A stretch of 64,000 bases of DNA from Candidatus Bathyarchaeota archaeon. GTDB lineage: Archaea > Thermoproteota > Bathyarchaeia > TCS64. This document shows, piece after piece, positions 32,455 to 42,139 of this stretch. Each line of letters opens with the position of its first letter. Position 1 is the first letter of the stretch. The stretch covers positions 640,001-704,000 of the forward strand of contig CAVYVF010000023.1 in NCBI GenBank assembly GCA_963771885.1. Reading direction: 5' to 3'. The position numbers and the translations under genes were made by a program. The notes below the pieces were generated by a model, which was not told the origin of the DNA, made no database searches, and saw only the letters and a program-made list of their open reading frames with translations.

Positions 32455-34512
32455 TTGGCTTTCGAGAATGTTTGGTTGATAGCGCCCGCGGTGGCGATTT
32501 TGTCAATATTCACAGGCATCTACATACTCCGGTGGGTAAAGTCTCAGGACCCCGGGAGTGAGAGGACCCGATTCATAGGTGGCGCCATCAAGCAAGGCAG
32601 CCAGGCCTTCCTGAATCGTATGTATCGCACACTCGCTGTCTTCGTCGGCATCATGGCGGCCGTGCTATTTGTCTTCCTCCCCCACCCCATCTGGCTCACG
32701 AGCACGCCGATGAGCAACGTATTGCTCGCGGCTGCATACATCTTCGGTTCAATTTGTTCTGGAGTTGCTGGCTTCATCGGGATGGACGTGGCCACTGACA
32801 GCAACATGAGGAGCGCTACGGCGGCTCAGACGGGCATCTCCAAGGCGTTCCAGATCAGCTACCGCGGCGGAGCAGTCATGGGCCTCGCCGTCGTCGGCCT
32901 CGCCCTCGCAGGCGTTAGCGTCGTCTACTTCATCACGAAGGATCCCACATTCATAGTTGGGTTCAGCTTCGGCGCGAGCGCTATGGCGCTCTTCGCCAAG
33001 GCGGGTGGAGGCATCTTCACTAAGACCGCCGACATCGCAGCAGACCTCGTCGGCAAGGTCGAGATGAACCTCGAGGAGGACGACCCCCGCAACCCCGCCG
33101 TCATAGCCGACAACGTCGGAGACAACGTCGGAGACTGCGCCGGCATGGGCGCCGACTTATTCGATAGCTACGTTGCCAGCCTCATGGCGGTCATGCTCCT
33201 CGGAGTCATACTTGGAGGCTACTACGTCGAGCTGCCCCTCGTCTTTGCCGGTATAGGTGTCCTCACATCAATCATCGGGGTCTTCCTCGTTAACGTAAAG
33301 GAGGGCCAGGAACCGGGACCAATACTCAACAACGGAACCTACACAGCGACAGCGATCTATCTCGCCCTGAGCGGCATCGCCACCTACCTGCTCGGATATG
33401 AGTGGAGGATCTGGGGAGCAGCCGCATGCGGCCTAATCGTAGGCGTAGTGATCGGGCTCACCACTGACTTCTTCACGAGCGGTGACAAGGGTCCAACGCA
33501 GAAGACCGCCGAGGCGAGCGCAACCGGTCCCGCCGTGACGATAATCACCGGGTTCAGCTATGGCCTCCTCAGCGTTTTGCCTCCGCTCGTAGGTATAGGC
33601 GTCGGCTCATGGCTCGCCTACTCCCTCTGTGAAGGCATAGGCCCCGGGTACGGTGTCTACGGCGTCGGAATCGCCGCTTTCGGTATGCTCAGCATCGTCG
33701 GCATGGTCATTGCGAGCGACAGCTTCGGCCCCATCGGCGACAACGCAAAAGGCATCGCCGAGATGAGCGGCATGAAAAGCGAGACCGTCGACATCCTCGA
33801 CAAGCTCGACGCAGCCGGTAACACGAGCAAAGCGATCACAAAGGGCTTCGCCATCGGCGCAGCCGGCTTGACCGTCATCAGCATACTCGCCGCCTACAAG
33901 GAAGTGGCAGACGCGCAGCTACACGGTAACCTTACGTTTGACCTGATGAACCCCGTCGTCATGGCGGGCGCATTCATAGGAGTCGCCATGCCTCCGGTCT
34001 TCAGCGCCCTTCTCATGCTCGGCGTCGGAAGGAACGCGCAGAGGATGATCGAGGAGGTCCGCCGCCAGTTCCGTGAGATACCCGGTCTACGCGAAGCCAA
34101 GCCCGGCGTCAACCCGGACTATGCCAAGTGTGTCGACATCGCCACGATCGGCGCGCTAAAGGAGCTCATGCCTGCGACGGTCCTCATTATCGTAGCCACG
34201 CTCGCTGTGGGCTTCGTATTTGGTATACAAGGCCTCGGTGGCTATCTCGCGGGCACCATCTTCAGCGGCCTCGTCTTCGCGCTACTAATGAGCAACGCGG
34301 GTGGCCTCTGGGACAACGCCAAGAAGTACATCGAGGCGGGCAACATGGGTGGCAAGCACAGCGAAGCCCATAAGGCAGCGGTTATAGGCGACACAGTTGG
34401 TGACCCCTTCAAGGACACCGCCGGCCCGAGCCTGAACACGATGGTGACCGTCATAGGGCTCGTAGCCAACATCTTCCTGCCTCTATTCCTCCTCTACGCC
34501 CTCATCCACTGA
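32455..34512 (+). CDS. hppA: membrane-bound pyrophosphatase, predicted K+-independent H+-PPase
   Basis: [56 protein letters not shown]. Confidence 0.95.
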   Translation: MAFENVWLIAPAVAILSIFTGIYILRWVKSQDPGSERTRFIGGAIKQGSQAFLNRMYRTLAVFVGIMAAVLFVFLPHPIWLTSTPMSNVLLAAAYIFGSICSGVAGFIGMDVATDSNMRSATAAQTGISKAFQISYRGGAVMGLAVVGLALAGVSVVYFITKDPTFIVGFSFGASAMALFAKAGGGIFTKTADIAADLVGKVEMNLEEDDPRNPAVIADNVGDNVGDCAGMGADLFDSYVASLMAVMLLGVILGGYYVELPLVFAGIGVLTSIIGVFLVNVKEGQEPGPILNNGTYTATAIYLALSGIATYLLGYEWRIWGAAACGLIVGVVIGLTTDFFTSGDKGPTQKTAEASATGPAVTIITGFSYGLLSVLPPLVGIGVGSWLAYSLCEGIGPGYGVYGVGIAAFGMLSIVGMVIASDSFGPIGDNAKGIAEMSGMKSETVDILDKLDAAGNTSKAITKGFAIGAAGLTVISILAAYKEVADAQLHGNLTFDLMNPVVMAGAFIGVAMPPVFSALLMLGVGRNAQRMIEEVRRQFREIPGLREAKPGVNPDYAKCVDIATIGALKELMPATVLIIVATLAVGFVFGIQGLGGYLAGTIFSGLVFALLMSNAGGLWDNAKKYIEAGNMGGKHSEAHKAAVIGDTVGDPFKDTAGPSLNTMVTVIGLVANIFLPLFLLYALIH

Positions 34513-34585
34513 GGCTAGAGGCGGATCCCATTACATTTATTAGACCGTACCCGCTTTCTACGTCTTCGCATAGGAGAATCCGTCA

Positions 34586-35038
34586 ATGTACCGGCACCTC
34601 GAAGAGGCTTGGAAACGTCCGGCGAAGAGCTACGTGCAGGATCTCATGCGCCAGCGCGTCATCGCTTGGAGGCGGCAGCCCGCCGTCAACCGGGTCGAGA
34701 AGCCGACGCGTCTAGACCGCGCCCACAGGCTTGGCTACAAGGCCAAGAAGGGCATAGTGGTGGTTCGCGTACGCGTCCGCCGCGGTGGCGCCCACAAGCT
34801 CAGAGCCATACTCGGCCGCAGGCCGAAGAAGATGGGTGTGACAAAGTACACCCCCGCGAAGAGCATACAACTCATAGCAGAGCAGCGAGCTTCGAAAAAG
34901 TTCATCAACCTTGAGGTCCTGAACAGCTACTGGGTCTGGCAGGATGGTGTGAATAAGTGGTACGAGGTCATTATGGTTGACCCTGCGAGCCCCCACATCA
35001 AGGCCGACAAGAACCTGAACTGGGTCTGCAGAAAGTAG
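34586..35038 (+). CDS. rpl15e: 50S ribosomal protein L15e (short form)
   Basis: [35 protein letters not shown]. Confidence 0.96.
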   Translation: MYRHLEEAWKRPAKSYVQDLMRQRVIAWRRQPAVNRVEKPTRLDRAHRLGYKAKKGIVVVRVRVRRGGAHKLRAILGRRPKKMGVTKYTPAKSIQLIAEQRASKKFINLEVLNSYWVWQDGVNKWYEVIMVDPASPHIKADKNLNWVCRK

Positions 35039-35047
35039 GCCAATTCT

Positions 35048-35065
35048 GGGGTTTTTTATAACCCC
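35048..35065. terminator. hairpin with T-tract after rpl15e
   Basis: GGGGTT-TTTTAT-AACCCC about 10 nt after the stop. Confidence 0.4.
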
Positions 35066-35372
35066 TAAATTAATAGATACAAGCTTGAAACAGGTTGTTT
35101 TGAGTCTATCACATAATCATTAAGGATGTATAATTTAGCTAAATTCAGTAATTCCTACGAATAGGGGATTAATATATTTCTACCAAAAGGAACTGTTTCG
35201 AGTATTTCTTGTATAAACTACATATTATTCTATAAAAATAACTAATTTCAATGATGATCCTTAGAGTTGAATGATTTAGCGGGACTCATCATGGACGACT
35301 CCTAAGATTGGTGTTTTCGATTTACAACTAAAAAATATACTTTCTGCAATTTTATCTGAATTCACACGCACT

Positions 35373-36101
35373 TCAGTTGTAATCCTGCTTGGCGTAGTTA
35401 CCTTTAATGGGCTTCTTACCGAGGAGCATGACGTTGAAGTCATTCTTCATTATCATCCACGTATACCTAGCGATACCGAGCTTCTGGATGCGACGGATGC
35501 TGTAGTCGACCTGGATGCGGTCGTCCATGGCCATTCTGCCATGTGCGCTGAGCCTCTTGGCTATCTCGACATCGTCGCTGTAGGCGAGGTCGCTGTAGCC
35601 CTTTACCTGTAGGAAGGCTTCGCGGCGGAACGCTGTGTTGGCGCCGCAGAGGTGGTGGTAGCCCATTTTGGATCCCGTCCAGCGGAGCCCGTTCGCCACC
35701 CAGAAGGCGCCCTTGTATGCCCCCGCCTCGAGGGCGTGCATCTCCTTCGGTATCATGGGGTCTAGGTAGCCGGTGACGGCGACAACGCGATCGTCGCTGA
35801 AATCCTCGCGTATGACCTCAAGCCAATTCTCGTCAGGTAGGCAATCAGCGTCAGTTGTGGCTATGATCTCGCCCCGGGCAGCCATCGCGCCGTCGTTACG
35901 TGCGCCTCCAACACCGTGGCTCACCTGCTGGATTACCATATCGGCGTACTTCGCCGCTATTTCGGTGGTCTTATCCTTACTGTTGCCATCGACGACGATG
36001 ATCTCATAGGTGTTCCGGGGGATGCTCTGCTTAGTGAGCGCTTCTAGGCAGAGCTCTATGTTCTTTTCCTCATTGTACGTTGGGACTACTACCGAGATCA
36101 T
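35373..36101 (-). CDS. GT2 family glycosyltransferase
   Basis: ISVVVPTYNEE, VVDGNSKD, ARN, TDAD, GAN.AFRR; ATGA coupling to the upstream gene. Confidence 0.93.
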   Translation of the reverse strand: MISVVVPTYNEEKNIELCLEALTKQSIPRNTYEIIVVDGNSKDKTTEIAAKYADMVIQQVSHGVGGARNDGAMAARGEIIATTDADCLPDENWLEVIREDFSDDRVVAVTGYLDPMIPKEMHALEAGAYKGAFWVANGLRWTGSKMGYHHLCGANTAFRREAFLQVKGYSDLAYSDDVEIAKRLSAHGRMAMDDRIQVDYSIRRIQKLGIARYTWMIMKNDFNVMLLGKKPIKGNYAKQDYN

Positions 36102-37378
36102 TTCTTCGCCAGCTCCTCCGCGGCCTTCTTCCCGGAGAGTATAGACTTGTCCATGTTGAGGTACTCCCACTCGCCGAAGCGCCCTATGGGTGTTACCCTG
36201 AGGGCTTTAAGGTACGCTTGGATGAGATTAACGTTACGACGGTGGTTTAAGTCGTAGATTACGTAGGCGTACTTGAAGTCGAGGTCGTCAAAGACCTCAA
36301 ACTTGTCCTTCTCGTGGAGGATGTCTGCGTCGACGAGGCCTTCCCTGACCCTCTCCTTGGTCTCCTTCACCTCTGGCTTGCTGCCCCTGTAGGTAACCTC
36401 TACGACGATGCTACTTTTACCCCTCGGCACGGTCTCGGGGGAGAGGTTCATCGGGAAGCTGATCCTGTTGAATGGATATTTCTGCTCGGGGAAGTAGAGC
36501 CAGTGTTTGTCGCTGATTGCCTCCCTGTCGACGCCGATGTTGAAGCAGGCGAGGCTGTTATAGATGAGCGCCTCGGATGCCTTGATGACGTCCTCGGGGG
36601 CTGTCTTGATCATCTTGACAAGCTCTGGGAGAGGTACTGATGAGAACACCCTGTCGACCTCCTGCCGTTTCAACTCCCCCTTTTGGGTGTAGGTCACTTC
36701 GAGTCGTTTACCTTTCTGGCTTATCTCGGATACGTTTGATTCGAGTGTAATGTTACCGACCCTCTTGGCAAGGGCGTTTGGTATTGCACCAATGCCCCCG
36801 ACTCGGGGGTAGAGGAAGTAGGCATTTGGGCCGTATTCCCTCTCTACCTTGCCCTGGGCCCCCTTAACCATCTCCTCGATGCTCGGGGCGGGAACTCTAC
36901 CGGCGACCCACTCTGGGCTCATCTTCTCAAGCGGGTACTTCCATATCTTCTCGTTGTAGGGCACCATGTAGTGCTTAGCGACGCCCTCGCCCATCGTTGT
37001 GCGTATCCAGTCCAGGAAGTTGATAGGCTCCAGCTCAGGCCTGTGACGTGCGCCCTCTATACACTCGTCTATAACGTCTTGTGGGAGCCCATGGAGGTTG
37101 ACCTCGAAAGGGTACTCGACGTATATGCCTCTAATATAGATGTAGGCTCGTCGTCTCTGTCTGATCAGATCGCCGCTGAGAAGCCCATCTACGAGGCTGT
37201 TGACGTACTGGCTTCCAGAGAAGAAGATATGTGGTGCGAGGTCGAACGTGTAGCCCTTCGCCTTGATGCTTCTGCTGAGGCCGCCGACCTCGCCGTCGCG
37301 TTCGAGGACAATGTAGTCTTTACCGAGGTGGTAGGCTGCGCTCAGACCGGAGAGGCCAGCTCCGATTATTATATTCAT
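36098..37378 (-). CDS. FAD-dependent oxidoreductase, UDP-galactopyranose mutase-like
   Basis: GAGLSGL, GGLSRS, FDLAPHIFF, PYNEKIW, YGPNAYFLYPRVGG, GRFGEWEYLNMD. Confidence 0.8.
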   Translation of the reverse strand: MNIIIGAGLSGLSAAYHLGKDYIVLERDGEVGGLSRSIKAKGYTFDLAPHIFFSGSQYVNSLVDGLLSGDLIRQRRRAYIYIRGIYVEYPFEVNLHGLPQDVIDECIEGARHRPELEPINFLDWIRTTMGEGVAKHYMVPYNEKIWKYPLEKMSPEWVAGRVPAPSIEEMVKGAQGKVEREYGPNAYFLYPRVGGIGAIPNALAKRVGNITLESNVSEISQKGKRLEVTYTQKGELKRQEVDRVFSSVPLPELVKMIKTAPEDVIKASEALIYNSLACFNIGVDREAISDKHWLYFPEQKYPFNRISFPMNLSPETVPRGKSSIVVEVTYRGSKPEVKETKERVREGLVDADILHEKDKFEVFDDLDFKYAYVIYDLNHRRNVNLIQAYLKALRVTPIGRFGEWEYLNMDKSILSGKKAAEELAKK

Positions 37379-37442
37379 TAAATTCAACTCGCTTGGAGTT
37401 GCTTAGTGGTTGTGTGAGCGCCCTTTAAACCCTGCGTGGAGG

Positions 37443-38369
37443 TCAGCCGAGAGCCTTGATGAGCTTCTCTGCGACGATCGTGCTATTGCCCAACTGCGCC
37501 TCTTTGGACTCGGCACCTATGTGGGGGGTGCAGATGACGTTCTCCATCTTGACGAGGTCCATGTTCTTCGTGGGCTCCTCTTCGTAGACATCGAGGGCGG
37601 CGCCAGCGAGGTGGCCCGTCTTCAGAGCGTCGACAAGCGCCTTCTCCTCTATGATTCCTCCGCGGGCGGCGTTGATAATATATGAGCCCTTTTTCATCTT
37701 CTCGATGGTAGGGGCGTTGAACATATGCTTCGTCTGTGGGAGTAGTGGGACATGGATTGTGACAAAGTCTGACTCAGCGAGCAGCTTGTCGAGCGGCACA
37801 GACTCGGCCCCAACCTCGTTTACGAAGTTCATCATCTTATCGATCATGACGTCGAAGCAGAGGACGCGCATGCCGAGGGCCTTCGTCTTCTTGCCGACGA
37901 GGTAGCCGATACGGCCGAAACCGACGATTCCCATCGTCTTGCCACTGAGTTCAAAGCCTGTGAGCTTGTTCTTAGCCCACTCGCCTCTCTTCATTGAGGC
38001 GTCACCTCTGGCGATATTGCGGCTAAGGCTGAGCATGTAGCCGAGGACCAGCTCGGCGACGGCGTTGCTCGGCGCCTCAGCGCTGTTTACTACCTGTATG
38101 CCGAGCACCTTGGCTGTCTCGGTGTCGACATTATCGAGGCCAACGCCGCTGCGTGCTACTATCTTGAGCTTGGGCTTACCCGCCTGGAGAACCTCCTTGG
38201 TGACTTTGGTGCGGCTCCTTACGACGAGTGCATCGTAGGCTCCTGCGACCTTAACAAGGTCGGGGGCGGTTATCTCGGTCTTGAGGTCGACCTGATAGTC
38301 GGCTTCCTTGAGCAACTTGACCCCCACATCGTCGATGGGGTCGCAGACCAGAACTTTAACGTCCTTCAT
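37443..38369 (-). CDS. D-2-hydroxyacid dehydrogenase (SerA-like, no ACT domain)
   Basis: RSGVGLDNVD, AVAEL, GFGRIG, INAARGG, ALDVYEEEP, TPHIGA. Confidence 0.9.
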   Translation of the reverse strand: MKDVKVLVCDPIDDVGVKLLKEADYQVDLKTEITAPDLVKVAGAYDALVVRSRTKVTKEVLQAGKPKLKIVARSGVGLDNVDTETAKVLGIQVVNSAEAPSNAVAELVLGYMLSLSRNIARGDASMKRGEWAKNKLTGFELSGKTMGIVGFGRIGYLVGKKTKALGMRVLCFDVMIDKMMNFVNEVGAESVPLDKLLAESDFVTIHVPLLPQTKHMFNAPTIEKMKKGSYIINAARGGIIEEKALVDALKTGHLAGAALDVYEEEPTKNMDLVKMENVICTPHIGAESKEAQLGNSTIVAEKLIKALG

Positions 38370-38374
38370 GGCAT

Positions 38375-39583
38375 TCACCCTTTCTTCGCGGCTACGATCT
38401 GTATAACGTCTCTGTCCTTGAGTACTTGAGCTTCTCCAAGGCGGCGCTTTGTGCGTGCATCAACGGCGAATAGGAAACTCTTGGCGAGGTCGGTGTGGAC
38501 GACGCCCGCGAACTGGCGCGCCGTTGTGCCCCGTGGGACGAGGAAGCAGTCCGGGAGAACCCTACCCTTACCATCCATGAGCTTCTCGGCGTCCTCGACT
38601 GGGTAGACCACAATCATGTCGAGGAGCCCGAAGAAGGCTTCGTTTATCGCCTCCTGGAGCCCAGTGCCGCCCCACGCCTTGAAGACCTTCTCCCTGATAC
38701 TCTCCAGCCCCTTGATCTGGCTGGGGTTGAGCTTCTCGGGGTGGAGTATCGTGAAGTCCTTGTCGCCAGGCGTGTATTTAATGAGCCCTGCCTCGGAGGC
38801 CCGGCGGAGCGCCAGCTCGGCCTCGGCGCAGGTTGGGACGACCTTATAGCCCGCTGCCCGTATGCGCTCGATGTTCGCCTTGGCTGGCTCCTTATCCGCC
38901 TTGTTAGCGGCGACGATGAGGGGCTTTGACGCCTTGCGGAGCTCGGTGGAGAACCTCGACCTGTCCTCCCGTGTCCATTGGGCCCCCTTGAATGGGTTGA
39001 GCTTCGCCTTCTCGCAGGCAGCCTGTATATGATTGCGTGTAATACCTAGCCCGCTGAGCTTCTCGTCTATGTGCTTCCATATCTCCTCATGCTTCATCTC
39101 GGCGGTGCGGGCTGGGCGCTCCCAGTCCTTACTGACTATGGCGTTGATCCAGGCGTCGAACTCCTCCTCGAAGAGGCGTATATCGTCGATAGGGTCATGT
39201 GTGCCCGGGGGGCAGCTCTGCCCGCCCTCGTCTGTGCAGCCGGCGGCGTCGCAGACCACAATGAGGGCGTCGGCCCTTCGGACCTCGTCTAGGAACTGGT
39301 TTCCCAGACCCTTTCCCTCGTGGGCGCCTCGGATTAAGCCAGGGGTGTCGATGAGGTCAATCGGGACGAGGCGGGTTCCGTCGACGCAAGCGCTGTTGTT
39401 CGGCTGGTCCTGTACGTTGAACTCGGCGTGGACACAGGGTGTGCGGAGGTAACCAACTCCCCTGTTCGCCTTGATCGTTGTGAATGGGAAGTTGGCTATC
39501 TCGACGGGTTTGAGTGTAGCGGCGGCGAAGAACGTGCTCTTGCCGACGTTTGCCTTGCCTACGAGTCCTACGAGGGGCGGCAT
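38375..39583 (-). CDS. ychF: YchF/Obg-family ATPase with TGS domain
   Basis: GKANVGKSTFF, FPFTTI, DTPGL..GA..G.GLGNQFL, NKAD, VHTDL. Confidence 0.94.
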   Translation of the reverse strand: MPPLVGLVGKANVGKSTFFAAATLKPVEIANFPFTTIKANRGVGYLRTPCVHAEFNVQDQPNNSACVDGTRLVPIDLIDTPGLIRGAHEGKGLGNQFLDEVRRADALIVVCDAAGCTDEGGQSCPPGTHDPIDDIRLFEEEFDAWINAIVSKDWERPARTAEMKHEEIWKHIDEKLSGLGITRNHIQAACEKAKLNPFKGAQWTREDRSRFSTELRKASKPLIVAANKADKEPAKANIERIRAAGYKVVPTCAEAELALRRASEAGLIKYTPGDKDFTILHPEKLNPSQIKGLESIREKVFKAWGGTGLQEAINEAFFGLLDMIVVYPVEDAEKLMDGKGRVLPDCFLVPRGTTARQFAGVVHTDLAKSFLFAVDARTKRRLGEAQVLKDRDVIQIVAAKKG

Positions 39584-39715
39584 ATGTACCGGGCTATCCT
39601 TCGTGTGTGGCTCTAAAACCCTTTTCGGCTCAACTTATGCTATAATGCTTATCATAACTGAGTTTTTTTCTCAGGAGCTATTAGCTGCATCCTTGGGTTG
39701 GGTGCCCTGTGCGCT

Positions 39716-40024
39716 CTAATCGATCTTCAGGATGCCTTTCTGCTTTAGCTCCTCGACCTGCCCCTGAGTGTAGCGCCAGAATATCTCTCCACGCTCCTCG
39801 CTCTGAAAGTCCCATGGGCTGACGAGGACTATGTCTCCCTCGCGTATCCACGTGCGGCGCTTCATCTTGCCCCTGATGCGGCAGACGCGCACGAATCCGT
39901 CTTGGCACTTGACGCTCACCCTGTCGAAGCCGAGCATCTTCTGGGCGATACCTAGGACGTCGTTCTTCGAGGGGTAGACCATCGTGTGCAGGCTCTTCTC
40001 GCTGAGCACCTTCTTTTTACCCAA
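39716..40024 (-). CDS. eif1a: translation initiation factor aIF-1A
   Basis: MLG..RV.V.C.DG..R.CRIRGKMKRR.WIREGD.VLVSPWDFQ. Confidence 0.96.
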   Translation of the reverse strand: MGKKKVLSEKSLHTMVYPSKNDVLGIAQKMLGFDRVSVKCQDGFVRVCRIRGKMKRRTWIREGDIVLVSPWDFQSEERGEIFWRYTQGQVEELKQKGILKID

Positions 40025-40121
40025 ATACCTACCTTCTGTCTCTTTCCACGCGGCGCCGCTTAAAAAGTGGACTGTTAAAAGGAGGGTACAACAATGATTT
40101 TCCCCCCTCTAAGCGAGGGCG

Positions 40122-40454
40122 TCAAAACCTAATAGTGGCGGTGAGATCCCTCTTCAGCTTCACTTTTTCGTTCTGTAGGCTGTCTATCATGTCGACGTTG
40201 CATTTCATTTTCGCCTTGTACTTGTTAATGCAGTCGTCAACGTCGGAGCTGTTCTTTCTCATCTCGATAGTGCGAGTAAGGTCGTCGGGAGAATTCACGA
40301 CGATTATGCCACCGCCTCCGCCGGCGCGGGCGGTCTCCAGAGCCTTGAGTCCCCTCTTCATTGTCAGGTACTCCTGGCTGTGCTCTATGTCCTTAATGTC
40401 CTCCTCAATCTTGAGGAGCCTGAGGAGGGTTGCCTGCCGATCGGAGAAGGACAT
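40122..40454 (-). CDS. hypothetical coiled-coil protein
   Basis: Clean 110-aa ORF with an upstream TTTAAA box; two amphipathic helices flanking a short beta-like segment. Confidence 0.7.
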   Translation of the reverse strand: MSFSDRQATLLRLLKIEEDIKDIEHSQEYLTMKRGLKALETARAGGGGGIIVVNSPDDLTRTIEMRKNSSDVDDCINKYKAKMKCNVDMIDSLQNEKVKLKRDLTATIRF

Positions 40455-40508
40455 CGGGGTATAATGGGTATCCGGCGCTTATATTTCTTTTAAACCCGGC
40501 TAGGTGCC

Positions 40509-40841
40509 TTATTTCTCGTAGAATCCGGGTCCCTTGTGGGGTCCAAAGCTCCTGAGCCCGTTCTGCTTGAGCTGCCCCCGAAGCGCGTTCGCCTCGGCCT
40601 TAGTGATGTCGCCCTTCTTCTCGAGAAAGTTTATAATTTCCTCGGCCTCCTTTGGCTTCCTACATCTCCTTATGAAGTCGACGGCACCGGGGGTGAATCC
40701 CGTGTACTTGCGGTCCTCGGCGTAGCCGGGTTCGGTGGAGGGCGGCAGCTCGGTCGCCGCTTCTAGGTCGACCTTTGAGGTTCCCGTCTCCATCTCCTCG
40801 GCTATGTGTGGGAAGAGCCTCTTGAAGTCCTTCTTCTCCAT
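40509..40841 (-). CDS. DUF2095-like protein
   Basis: FKRLFPHIAEE, P.AVDFIRRC....EAEEII.FLEKKG.I, GLRSFG..K.PGFY. Confidence 0.82.
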   Translation of the reverse strand: MEKKDFKRLFPHIAEEMETGTSKVDLEAATELPPSTEPGYAEDRKYTGFTPGAVDFIRRCRKPKEAEEIINFLEKKGDITKAEANALRGQLKQNGLRSFGPHKGPGFYEK

Positions 40842-40869
40842 CGGTGGAAGACGCTGTGGAGCCTGAATA

Positions 40870-42139
40870 TTAACCTGACTTCTGCTTCTTCTGAGCGCCG
40901 GATTGGGTTAGGAGGACGCCCTCGGGGACGTCCTTATCGACGGTAACCCCCGGAGCTATCCATGCTCCGGCGCCTACCTTGACGCCGGGGTAGAGGCTGA
41001 CGTTAACACCAGTTTGGCAGTCGTCGCCGAAGACAGCGCCGAGCTTCCTGTGTCCTGTGTCGACGCGTTTGTCCTTAACAGTCATCTTAACGTTCTTGTG
41101 GTCGAAGCGGAGGTTGGCGGTTATTGTGCCGGCGCCGAGGTTGCAGCGCTCGCCGATGATGGAGTCACCGATGTAGCTGAGGTGGGGGACGGCCGCCTTC
41201 TCCATGAATATGGTGTTCTTTACCTCGCAGCTCGCGCCGACGCGGTTGCTGCCTACGAGTGTCGTGCCGGCCCGAATGTAGTTGTTGGGGCCGACGTCGC
41301 AGTCGGGACCGATGTATACGGGTCCCTCTATGTAGACGCCACTGCGAATGCGGGCGCTGGGCGCCACGTAAACTGGTCCAGTTAGGTGTGCGCCGTCTTC
41401 GACTGTGCCCTCGATGCGGGGTTCCATTCGTGCGAGGGCGCGTGTGTTAGCCTCGAGAATGTGCCATGGGTGGCCGATATCAAGCCAATCCTCCTCTCCG
41501 AGCATGTGGACGCGTGCCGTAACCCCCGATGATATGAGACGGTTCACCGAGTCGGTTACCTCGATCTCACCCCGCGGGCTGAGATTCGTCGCCTTGATGG
41601 CGTCGAATACGCTGGGAGGGAAGACGTAGATGCCGGCATTTGTGACGTTACTCGGCGCCGTGCCTGGCGCAGGCTTCTCAACTATGCCCTGCACCCTGTC
41701 TCCCTGCAGCCTAAGGGCGCCATAGAGGTAGGGGTCACGCTCCAGCCCCGTAACGGTGAGCTCTCCTTTCCCATGTGCCTTGACGACCTCCTTTAGTATG
41801 CCGGGGCTGAGGTATAGGTCGCCATTCATGCCGAGAAAGTCCTCCTTCCCGGCGAACTTCTCGGCGTACCTGAAGGCGTCGCCTGTGCCCCTCATCTCCT
41901 CCTGCCGAGTATAGTGCAGCTTGACGCCGAGTTCTTCGCCGTCGCCGAATCTGGACTTGATCTGTCTCTTCCATATAGTTGGTGATTAGGAGTACATCCT
42001 TGATGCCTGAATCGACTACCCCCCTGAGGAGCCATTCCAGCTGGGGCTTACCCCCTATGGGTATGAGTTGCTTCGGTTTCGTGGATGTTAGTGGCCTGAG
42101 CCTCTCGGCCTTGCCCGCGGCTATGATAACTGCCTTCAC
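40870..42139 (-). CDS. glmU: bifunctional sugar-1-phosphate nucleotidylyltransferase/acetyltransferase (archaeal GlmU), +1 frame break near 41965
   Basis: AAGKAERLRPLT..KPK, GTGDA, NGD, SPRGEIEVTD, hexapeptide repeats, HLSYIGDS, ANLRFD; downstream of glmM. Confidence 0.9.

Noticed and set aside
34586..35038. Truncated L15e as a pseudogene
   Set aside because: The stop is clean and followed by a hairpin, no missing tail appears in other frames, and short L15e forms are known to me from related TACK lineages.
35251..35300. C/D box sRNA starting at ATGATGA
   Set aside because: There is no CTGA box D at a suitable distance on either strand.
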